Of a DNA stretch of 64,000 nucleotides, positions 23,630 to 34,173 are shown one piece after another. Below the pieces are notes generated by a model that had not been told where the DNA came from, did no database searches, and saw only the letters and a program-made list of their open reading frames with translations. The stretch's first letter is position 1; each line of letters starts with the position of its first letter. Source of the stretch: Leucoraja ocellata. Taxonomy: Eukaryota. The position numbers were made by a program, and so were the translations under genes. The stretch spans positions 13,144,001 through 13,208,000 of the forward strand of contig JAWMAR010000013.1 in assembly GCA_036785375.1 (NCBI GenBank), in the 5' to 3' direction.

Positions 23630-24439
23630 GTATGAATATTGATGAAGGCAGAGCAGTAGTAGTTTTATGTGCAGATCTTAATGATATGGCATTTGGCAAG
23701 GTCCTGTGGGTAGGTTAGTACCAAAGGTAAAGGTACACGTGATCCAAGACGAGGTGGCTAATTGAATCTAAAATTGACCCGGTAATAGGAGGCAGAGAAC
23801 AGTGGTGGAAGGATATCTTTCTGATTGGAAATCTGTGACCAGTGATGTACTGCAGGAACTGTGGCCTTTGGAGACACAGGGAACTGCAGATGTTGCTCTA
23901 CAAAATACGACAAAGTATTGAAGTAACTCAGCGAGTCAAGCTGCATCTCTAGAGAATATGGAAAGTTGACTTTTCAGATTGGGACCCTTCTTCAGACATT
24001 TCAGATTCATGTTCTCCAGAGATGCTGGTGACCTGAGTTACTCCAGTCTTTGTGTCTTTTGCAGTGACCTTTGTTGCTTTATATACAGCAACAATTCTGA
24101 TATTAACATGGAGGGTATGATTAGTAAGTTTGTGGAGAACATGGAAGGTGGTAATGTTGTGGATAGCGAGGTAGGTTGTCTAAACAGTCTATAGATCAGG
24201 TAGAAAGTTTTGTGGCGATTTGAGAGGTGGAGTTTATTCCCGCAAAGTGTGAGGTAGTGCATTTTGGGTCATAGGACAAATGTAATAAATGGTAGGCCTC
24301 TTAAGGATTGTCAATGAACAGAGGGACCTTGGAGTTCAAGTCCATAGTTTATGAAAATAGCAACATTGGCAAAAGTGGAAAATGGCTTCATAGGTCAGGG
24401 CACAGAATATAACATAAGTTATGTTGCAACTTTACAACA

Positions 24440-25339
24440 TCATCATCATCAGTTTTATTTATAAAACACGTTTTAAGTCAACTCGCATTGACACCAAAGT
24501 GCTTTACATAAATTAAATAATAAGTTCCATTACAAACCATAGAAAAAGGTTAAAAAAAATGAATAAAATGGACACAACACATTATAGAGTTCAACACAAA
24601 CGTCCCCCCACAGCAGAATCAAAACTTTCCACTGTGGGGAAAGGCACCAGAAAGTTAAGTCCTCTTCCTCTGTGAAAAACCCGAGGTCGGGGCCCATTTG
24701 TGGCCTTGCAGCCAGTCCGATGATTTTCCGGGCCCTCTTGCCGTGAAGATGGAACTTCAGCGTCGGGTGAAACATTCCTCAGCGGCTTGGAAAAGTCTGG
24801 AGCGGCTGCCTCCTCCCCAGAGACCGGGGCACTCGTAGCCCTCAGGCCGTGCCGGTTGGAGCTCCGACCCTGGCAAACTCGAACCCTGGCTCTGCGCCGC
24901 TCCAAATCCAGCGCCGCCCGTGGCTGGACGCCCGCAGCCACAGCTCCGCGATGTTGGGATCGACAGCCACAGCACTCCGGAGCTTACCGCATGGCGACCC
25001 GGTAAGGCATCACCCGCTCCGTGTTGGTATCCCAGCGCTGCGCCACCGCCGCCGAAGCTGTAGTCCCGCCCGGTCCCGATAGAAAACGCCGCTCCATTCT
25101 CGATGGTAGGCCGCGAGGACGGGGCAAAGAAGCAGCTTGGAGGGATGCTGCCTCTCCGACCAGGTAGGGGACTAAGAAATAAAGTTTCCCCCTTCCCCAC
25201 CCCCACCCCCCACATAGAAGACCTCCACTAACATTTTTTAACAGGACTTAAAATAAAATAAAATAAAAAAAGGTGTAGAGACGGACTGCGGGCAGGCTGC
25301 CATACACAGACGGCGCCCACTCCCGCACATCCGCCATCT

Positions 25340-25340
<1 letters not shown>
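24440..25340 (-). mobile_element. GC-rich non-autonomous retroelement with an L2-like 3' tail (copy 2)
   Basis: Homologous to 13931-14742; 5' end has AAGATGGCGG; (ATG)n tail. Confidence 0.8.
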
Positions 25341-25345
<5 letters not shown>

Positions 25346-25374
<29 letters not shown>

Positions 25375-25872
25375 TTTATTTTATTAGAAGTAAGCACAGT
25401 CATATGGCACCAAAGTGCCTAATATATATTTTCATAATACATTTTATGTACAACTTCTTTTTTTTTTGTTACATTGAAAAAAGATGAGAATAAGAAAAAG
25501 AAGTTAGATAGTAAAGGATAGAAAAATGTGAAATATATAGTGTGTGAAGAAAGAAAACGAGTAAATGAAGAAAGTTGAGAGAGAAAATAGTGAAAAGAAA
25601 AGGAGATCATTATTTATAGTCTTGACCAACCCTCGTCCAGTCCTGAAACAGTTATTTTTTACAATTGTGTTGCACCATATGATTCCAAAAAAACGACGAA
25701 TGGAGACCAACTCGTTATGAATTGGTCTGATTTATCCATTAGGAGGAATCGCATTTCCTCAAGATGAGCGGTGTCCAACATACTTGCAATCCACATTTTA
25801 AGCGTTGGTATTGATGTACCCTTCCAAAATTTAAGTATTAATTTTTTTGCTATTATTAAACCATAATTAAGG
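25346..25872 (-). mobile_element. L1-clade LINE 3' fragment with poly(A)
   Basis: Poly(T) at ~25343-25368; minus frame LNYGLIIAKKLILKFWKGTSIPTLKMWIASMLDTAHLEEMRF; TSD atctttcttt at 25336-25345 and 25873-25882. Confidence 0.8.
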
Positions 25873-26761
25873 ATCTTTCTTTCTAGTGTTTCCTACAAAA
25901 CACTGGTTAGACTGCACTTGGAATACTGCGTGTAGATCTGATCGCCACTTTATAGGAAGCATATACTGTAGTTATTGCTGGGAAGAATGCACAAGATTAA
26001 CCAGGATATTGCTGGGATTGAAGAGCTTTAGTTGCAGGGGGAGATTGGATAGGGTGGGCTTGTTTACCCTCAAAGGGTTGACCTGATAAAAGTTAACTAA
26101 ACTATAAGTGCCATAAACAGGTTGGTAGTCAAAATATTTTTTCATGGTTGGTCATTTTATTTGGCAGTTTTGCAGAATATCTCAAATTAATTAGCTAGTG
26201 TGGTTCTGAACATCCGGTATCCTGTCATGTTACATCTCTATCACACTCCCATTTTGACCTCTGACACTGTTGCACAAAGCGAGGTGTAAGACTAAGCAGC
26301 ACCTTCCCTCTTGACTGGGCACATTGGTTCAATGGTAGCAATACTGAATTCAACAATTTCACGTATAAGTTTATTATTGTTACATGTGCTGAGATACTGT
26401 GAAAAGCTTTGTTTTGCATGCTATCCAAGAGAGATACCAGACAATCTGTTCAAACTCAAGTACAATAGATAGAGCAAAGGGGAAGATGCAGAGTGCAGAA
26501 TATAGTTCTCAGCATTGTAGAGCAACAGTTCTATATACAGTGGCTTGCAAAAGTTTTCATACCCCTTGAACTTTTCCACATTTTGTCACGTTACAACCAC
26601 AACCACAAACGTAAATGTATTTTATTGGGATTTTATGTGACAGACCAACACAAAGTGGTGCATAATTGTGAAGTGGAAGGAAAATGATACATGGTTTTCA
26701 AATTTTTTTACAAATAAAAAACTGAAAAGTGTGTCGTGCAAAAGTGTTCAGCCCCCCTCAG

Positions 26762-28131
26762 TCAATACTTTCTAGAACCGATGGGTTCGGCCCGAAACGT
26801 CGCCTATTTCCTTCGCTCCAAAGATGCTGCTGCACCAGCTGAGTTTCTGCAGCAATTTTGTGTACCTTCGATCTTCCAGCATCTGCAGTTCCATCTTGAA
26901 CACTTTGTCTACTCCACTGCGATATCTCCTCAAGGTATGCCTACTTTGAAGAAGTTCTCCTCCTCTCTCCGGAGACAGTTTCACAACCTCCTCTCTAACT
27001 GCACACCTTCTGTGATCCCCCCTGCCCTCCAACTGTACGACCTGGGGACCTTGCGTCAATTTCTGCAGCAATTTTGTGTACCTTCGATCTTCCAGCATCT
27101 GCAGTTCCTTCTTGAACACTTTGTAGAACCACCTTTCTCTGCAATTACAGCTGCAAGTCTTTTGGGGTATGTCTCTACCAGCTTTGCACATCTAGAGACT
27201 GAAAATTTTGCCCATTCTTCTTTGCAAAATAGCTCAAGCTCAGTCAGATTGGATGGAGAGCGTCTGTGAACAGCAATTTTCAAGTCTTGCCAGAGATTCT
27301 CAATTGGATTTAGGTCTGGACTTTGACTGGACCATTCTAACACATGAATATGCTTTGATCTAAACCATTCCATTGTAGCTCTGGCTGTATGTTTAGGGTC
27401 GTTGTCCTGCTGGAAGGTGAACCTCCGCCCCAGTCTCAAGTCTTTTGCAGACTCTAACAGGTTTTCTTCCAAGATTGCCCTGTATTTGGCTCCATCCATC
27501 TTCCCATCAACTCTGACCAGCTTCCCTGTCCCTGCTGAAGAAAAGCATCCCCACAGCATGATGCTGCCACCACCATGTTTCACAGTGGGGATGGTGTGTT
27601 CAGGGTGATGTGCAGTGTTAGTTTTCCGCCACACATAGCGTTTTGCATTTAGGCCAAAAACTTCAATTTTGGTCTCATCTGACCAGAGCACCTTCCTCCA
27701 CATGTTTGCTGTGTCCCCCACATGGCTTGTGGCAAACTGCAAACGGGACTTCTTATGGCTTTTTTTCAACAATGGCTTTCTTCTCGCCTTCTTCCATAAA
27801 GACCCGATTTGTGGAGTGCACAACTAATAGTTGTCCTGTGGACAGATTCTCCCACCTGAGCTGTGGATCTCTGCAGCTCCTCCAGAGTTACCATGGGCCT
27901 CTTGGCTGCTTCTCTGATCAATGCACTCCTTGCCTGGCCTGTCAGTTTAGGTGGACGGCCATGTCTTGGTAGGTTTGCAGTTGTGCCATACTCTTTCCAT
28001 TTTCGGTTGATGGATTGAACAGTGCTCCGTGAGATGTTCAAAGCTTGGGATATTTTTTTATAACCTAACCCTGCTTTAAACTTCTCCACAACTTTATCCC
28101 TGACCTGTCTGGTGTGTTCCTTGGGCTTCGT
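26762..28131 (-). pseudogene. Tc1 DD34E transposase, inactivated
   Basis: WSDETK, FQQDNDPKH, SPDLNPIENLW, GRPPK. Start ATG mutated to ACG at 28131, frameshift near 27785, PLE insertion just before the stop. Confidence 0.92.
26780..27117 (+). mobile_element. Partial-tandem PLE pLTR insertion inside the Tc1
   Basis: TSD acttt(c/g)tagaacc at 26767-26779 and 27118-27130; direct repeat ~26843-26906 / ~27060-27123. Confidence 0.85.
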
Positions 28132-29137
28132 GATGCTGTTTGTTCACTAATGTTCTCTAACAAACCTCAGGCCTTCACAGAACAGCTGTATTTATACTGA
28201 GATTAGATTACACACGTGGACTCTACTAATTAGGTGACTTCTGAAGGCAATTGGTTGCACTGGATTTTATTTAGGGGTATCAGAGTAAAGGGGGCTGAAC
28301 ACTTTTGCACGCCACACTTTTCAGTTTTTCATTTGTAAAAAAATTTGAAAACCATGTATCATTTTCCTTCCACTTCACAATTATGCACCACTTTGTGTTG
28401 GTCTATCACATAAAAGCCCAATAAAATACATTTACGTTTGTGGTTGTAACGTGACAAAATGTGGAAAGGTTCAAGGGGTATGAATACTTTTGCAGGCCGC
28501 TGTATGAAGTCCAATGGCCACAATGCTGAGATTTGGATTTCAAGACTGCAACTGGCCAGCTAAATGAGTGTGAGCCGTTATTGGGAACTGGCAGGGGCTG
28601 TTTGCATTAACAGACACGGATCACATGTTCTGTCTCGTTCCTTCTTCCTGGAGATGATAAGAACTGATATCCCTAGTCTCCCGTGTTTAGCTGTACACCT
28701 CTTCCATTAAGTTTGTTACTTTAGAGAAATCTCCAGGTTGATCAGGCTCTGCAGTGAATCAAGGGCAGCAACTTCATTTACCTACAACTGGTGATGACAA
28801 GAGGCGGTTTGTCAGCACCTTGAGTCGGTATTACCAGCCACCAGCTATGGCCCATACTCACTGTACCAGTCGGAGTGCAGCTCAGAATTGAATGGATACC
28901 TCACTCGCCCCAGCCCCAGTCATCACAGGTAGACTGGACACAGAGCCAAAGAGTACTCTTTGTTACAAGTGTGCTGGCAGACAGTAGGGATTAGACCAAG
29001 TTTCCAGCAGCACGCAGCCCCAATGGACCTCTCTTTTAAACTGTGGGATTACGTAGCTGAGAATGTTTGGTGTGGAGGATCAAGAATATTCCAACAAGTG
29101 AGTGCTCAACAGGCTATAACGTTACAGGTTAATAGTC

Positions 29138-29352
29138 GGAGAAACTCAGCGGGTGAGGCAGCATCTATGGAGCGAAGGAAATAGGCAACGTTCCGGGTCG
29201 AAACCCTTCTTCAGATACATTGAAGAAAGGTTTCAACCTGAAACATTGTCTATTTCCTTCTCTCTATAGATGGATGCTGCCTCACCTGCTGAGTTTCTCC
29301 AGAATTTTTGTCTACCTTCAATTTTCCAGCATCTGCAGTTCCTTTTTAAACA
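29138..29352. mobile_element. Hairpin pLTR-only PLE insertion with two opposed hammerhead motifs
   Basis: Inverted arms around ~29217; TSD tac(a/c)ggtt(a/g)atagtc at 29123-29137 and 29353-29367. Confidence 0.85.
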
Positions 29353-29934
29353 TACCGGTTGATAGTCATTGGGTTGCTCAATCATAGAGGAATTCTGATT
29401 ATCTTCCATATGTTAGGGTACTGTTTGATTCACCTCTATCTCAGCGCTGTGACCACACCACATCCCCCTAGCCCTCACACGCAGCTTCTTTTTTAATGAG
29501 AAATGGACAAATCTATTCGTGATCAAATGATCATCAGTTTTCTCCCTCCATTGATGCTAATGACATGTCGGGTATTTCTAGCATTTTCTTTCATTTCAGA
29601 AATCCAGCAACGGTAGGCATGATTCCAACATTATTTTTCTTTCTACTTCCACTGTTTTACATCTTATTCACATCAGCTATGATTACCAAGCCTCCATTGC
29701 CCTCTTTCATCACTAGCATCACTTTGTCTTTCATCTTTTTATCTGCTTCCATTACCACCCATGCATTCCCTGCATATCCATACGCTTGTCTAAATGCCTC
29801 TTAAATGCCACTCTTAACTGCTTCCAATATCACCCAAGTAATTTGCGTTCCAGGCACCCACCACTCTTATAAAAGAAAACGTGCCTTGCAGATCTCTTTT
29901 AAACTTTCCCCTCATACCTTCAAGCCAAGTCCTC

Positions 29935-30072
29935 TTCTTCTTCTTTCGTGTGGCGTGCACAGCCTAAAGTTGTTGTTCAACTTGGTCTATTTGATCTTCC
30001 GTTTGTGCATGTGGAGTTGATTCCATTAGGCGAAACAGGGCGGACCACGTGAAGGTTGCAATCTTCCACCCC
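29935..30072 (-). mobile_element. 138-bp (GAA)n-tailed retroposon inserted in a decayed CR1
   Basis: Perfect 13-bp TSD aagccaagtcctc at 29922-29934 and 30073-30085; tail ..gccacacgaaagaagaagaa. Confidence 0.9.
30019..30072 (-). ncRNA. HDV-like self-cleaving ribozyme (minimal P4)
   Basis: P1 GGGGUGG/CCGCCCU, P2 GAUUGCA/UGGAAUC, P3 ACC/GGU, L3 UUCACGU, J4/2 CUAA, in the canonical nested double-pseudoknot order. Confidence 0.85.
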
Positions 30073-31309
30073 AAGCCAAGTCCTCGAGTATGTGACATTC
30101 CCACCTTGGGATAAAGATTCTAACTGTTCTCTGCATTTCATGATTTTATAAACTTAATTTGGTCTCCAGCCTATCATACACATACCTCTCGCCTTGCCTC
30201 TCGCCCCACACTCAGCAACTCAGCATGTTTGAATTCTCATCTTTCCAAGTTCTGAACACTGATTGTTTCTCCACAGATGCTGCTTGGTCTACACAATATT
30301 TTTCATATTTTCTATTTTTGTTCAGTTTTAATTTTGCAATTAACATGTTTTATCCTTTCCCAAAACATTTTGTTTAGAAGGCAAAATTTAAAAAATGGAA
30401 ATTACTTTGCATTTTAAACATATTCTGCGAGTAGTTTTCATTCGAAAACAAATTTCACATCTCCTTTCAGCTTCACAAAATTAGAAGTCTAATTTGAAAG
30501 AAATAAAAGTCAACTATAAACACCATGATAAGTGTGTTGTGCTTACATGATGGTAATTTAATTCCAATGTAAAGATAAATCAATGGAGTGTTTTATATTT
30601 TGTAAGAATCAAAAGTAAAAGTCCATTAAAATTCAATTAAACAATAATGTTGTAATTAAAATAATCATCATCAAAGTTATCAGCAAATGGGGAATCCTGA
30701 CTTTCCTATTTTGTCCGGGCTTTATTGAGTTTGCGAGGTCTCTTTTAAAAAAGGACTACAGTTTATTTCAATGCCGAGAACAAATAGCTGAAACAATGTC
30801 AATGAAGACTCATCTTTATTTACACCGTGCTCTGCTACAGAATGGGCTTTACTTCTGCCTTCCTCAGCATTCTCTGAATAACACATCGATGCATAAATAA
30901 ATGTTAGAAGCAAAATGTTAACTTTCCCAAATGCTTTACTTGATGACCTTGCTGCCAATCATTCCTGTGGGGATTAATCTCATCAGAATTTTTACCCATT
31001 TTCATTCGCTCTTCACTATTGCTTTTTGCACTTCATTTCATCCACTGTCAATAAGGTTCCTTCCACTCTTATTGTAGGTGACTGCACTATTATAATTTCT
31101 TTGAATCGTGGCTCGGAGGTAATAATGCCATGCCACCATTCCCACACTCCAATCCCATTCAACCTTCTAACTCTGAAATCACCTTCAGATGGATCTTGGG
31201 GTCCACTGTGGACCTGTTGCTGAGTAAACAGCACTGCAGTAGGTGAATTGCATCGAGGCTGGATGGGAGGCTGGAGTTGAAGTGCTCCATCCAAGTGCCA
31301 AGTGCACCA

Positions 31310-32410
31310 AATACGGCCAAACCAATGATTTATAAAGCTGCAACATGACTTCCTCACTCTTATATTCAATGTCCCGAACAGTGAAGGTGAGCTTACCATA
31401 CGCCTTCTTTAGCACTGTAGCTTCTTGTGTTGCCCCTTTCAGGGAGCTGTAGACTTTGATCCCTCTGTACATCAATGCTGTGAAGGGTCTTGCCATTAAC
31501 TGTATACATTCCTCTTACATTTGACCTCCCAGAATGCAGCACCTCATACTTGATTGGATTGAACCCCATCTACCATTTCCCCAACATATCTATAAATACG
31601 TGAAAAAAGCCAGAAGCCCTCGTGCAACCGAGTTCATAGATTAGTTAGTTGTTTGTAGTGTTCAAGAGCCTGATGGCTGCTGGGAAGAAGCTTAGTTTAG
31701 TTTAGGTTAGAGATACAGCGCGAAAACAGGCCCTTCGGCCCATCCAGTCCACGCCGATCGACCATCCCCGCACATTAACACTATGCTACACACACTTGGG
31801 ACAATTTTTTTGGAGTGTTTTTGGAGTGTGGGAGGAAGATCTCGGGAAACACATACAGTCACGGGGAAAATGTACAAACTCCATACATACAGCACTCGTA
31901 GTCTGGCTTGAATCCGGGTCTCTGGTGCCGTAAGGCAGCAACTCTGCCCCTGCACGACCGTGCTGCCCTATGCTAGTCTTGAAGCTGGTGGTCATGGATT
32001 TCAGTCTCCTATACCTTCTACCCGATGGTACGAGCGGAATAACAGCATTGGCAGTGTGGTGTGGGTCTTTGATAATGCTGGCTGCCTTTTTGAGACAATG
32101 CCTCTTATAGATCCCTTTGATGGGGGGGAGGTCAGTACTCATAATGGAATGGACAGTCCTCACTACTTTGTAATCTCCTTCACACCTGGGTATTCCAGTT
32201 GGCAAATGAGTCCATGAAGCGGCCAGTCAATACGCTCTTCACTGTACACCTGTAGAACTTCTAGATAGTATCCACTCACATACTGAATCTTCTCAAATCT
32301 CTAAGTACGTAGAGGCGTTGATGGACTTTCTTTTTGATTGCACCAATGTGTAGGGCCCTGGATATGCATGACTAGGAACTTAAAATGTTTGACTCTCTCC
32401 ATTGCCAACT
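31310..32410 (-). mobile_element. CR1 fragment (~31310-31590) followed by a Rex1-like fragment containing a SINE
   Basis: IEYKSEEVMLQLYKSLVWP; TDLPPIKGIYKRHCLKKAASIIKDPHH..PSGRRYR. Confidence 0.75.
31692..31968 (-). mobile_element. HE1-like tRNA SINE
   Basis: gggcagcacggt..agagttgctgccttac..cccggattcaa head; CR1-type tail with (aaact)n. Confidence 0.85.
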
Positions 32411-32504
32411 CATCCTTTGACAGGCTTCCTCATTGTCCACAACTTCAATGTTATGGTTGTCTGCTAACTTACTAACCAAACAATGTGCATTGACATCCCA
32501 GTTC

Positions 32505-32538
<34 letters not shown>

Positions 32539-32802
32539 ACAACCAACAGAGGTCACTGCACAGTTTCCCTGTGGAACACCTCTGGCCAGAATAACACCCT
32601 TCCACCACTATCCTGTGACTTTCTTAGGTCAGCCAGTTCTGAATCTATATGATCACATCACGATCCCATGCATCTTAATCATCTACCATGAGGGACTTTA
32701 TCAAATGTCTTACTAAAGTTCATGTAGACAACATACACTGCCCCAGCCTCATCAATTGTTTTTGTCACCCCCCCCCCCCCCCCCAGCAAACTTAAACAGG
32801 TT

Positions 32803-32997
32803 CTTCTTCTTTTGTGTCCATCTTCAATGTTTCAAATGTTGACATCACTGCCATCGTCCGTCCTGAAAAGGACGCAAGCTTCCGGCGTCAGTCAGTGGGA
32901 GCCATCACTTGTTGCAATAGATGATGGTGGTAGCAGAATTAGCTCGGGATACTTCCAGTTTCCAACCCCGCCACATGGACGCTTCTGCTATGGGGCC
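32803..32997 (-). mobile_element. 195-bp (GAA)n-tailed retroposon inserted in a decayed CR1 (~32480-33070)
   Basis: Tail ggacacaaaagaagaagaa; degenerate 13-bp TSD acttaaacaggtt (32790-32802) / actcaatcatgtt (32998-33010), 10/13 match. Confidence 0.75.
32931..32997 (-). ncRNA. HDV-like ribozyme, slightly decayed
   Basis: P1 GGCCCC/GGGGUU, P2 UAGCAGAA/UUCUGCUA (8/8), P3 GCG/GGC (1 mismatch), L3 UCCAUGU, P1.1 CC/GG, J4/2 GCUAA. Confidence 0.75.
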
Positions 32998-34173
32998 ACT
33001 CAATCATGTTAGTAAGACATGATCTGCGGCAGACAAAGCCTGCTGACTGTCCCTAATCATCCTATTCCTCTACCAAATCTAATTCAATTGTGCCCAAAAC
33101 AATCTTTAATCAGCAATGATTGGCTCTTAAATCTGTGAACATTGAAAATCTAACATTCTCAGGGCAAATATATTTAATGAAATGATGGGCAATGTATTGT
33201 TTTTGTGCCAGAGTCAACGAGATAATATGGAGCCATAATGAGCTCGACAGATGATAACATACAAGTGCCAAAGTGGAAGCTGCAGGGGCATTTTGAATAT
33301 CCATACATTGGAATTGCATTGTAAAGGCCAAGGATGCAATTATTTACAACAGGCCTTGGTATAAAAACAATATTACAGTTAGAAGTTGGCCAACTCCAGT
33401 AAAACATTATTTTATGCCATGGAACATGAGCTTTGTTGTTTTCAGACTTGACTCTGAAATGACTAGGATAATTGTAGCTCTATTGATAGAGCATTTAAGT
33501 TTCTCAACCACATCTATTGACCTCTTGCCTCAAATTGCAAATCATTTCACTTATAGGCTTAGTAATATATTTTATGTCTAATAAAATTCATTTGGGAGTT
33601 CCAGATCAACAAAAGGAGGGTGAAAGTAGAAGCATTCACTTGAGTTCTTTCGCATTTGGTACAAATAAATCTTTGATAAACAATGGAATAGTCAAGCATA
33701 CAACTGTATCCATAATGTAGACAGCAGATTCTGCAAGTAATCTGTCTAAACTCCCACTGCATTTTAGGATTAATTAGCTTGGCTAAACTCAGTCGATGAG
33801 GAAATTCTGAAATTTGGTGCTCCCTCTGAGATAAGCATAGTCCTGCAACCACTGTACTGTTGGTAATCACATCAGCTAATGTACTTTTGCTAAATAATTC
33901 AGTTTAATAGTTTTAAATTGCTACCTATATATAAATGAAATCACTGTACAAGATCACTTGTACATTGTGCTGTTTCAAAATGCATCTCTGTGCTTCGAAT
34001 AATAGAACAGTTTGGATGATCACATTCATTGATATTCAAAGTCCAGAAGTGAACATGGATTGTTGTATCTAACACAATTTCCCTATGATAAGTAAAATTA
34101 GGATACATTTGTATCTTATTTTAATTTATGGAATTAATCACCTGGTGAGATGATAAATTTGGAATCTGGAGCT

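Larger units (their letters stand above)
23640..26150 (+). mobile_element. Old CR1 RT fragment hosting nested insertions (pLTR hairpin ~23875-24065, GC-rich element, L1)
   Basis: ISKFVENMEGGNVVDSE (ISKFADDTK-like), QRDLGVQVH; MLQLY|KTLVRLHLEYCV rejoins across 24440-25890. Confidence 0.75.
26538..28502 (-). mobile_element. Near full-length Tc1 transposon (Passport-like, long TIRs)
   Basis: TA TSDs; ~215-bp TIRs at 26538-26757 and 28290-28502 beginning CAGTGGCTTGCAAAAGT. Confidence 0.95.
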
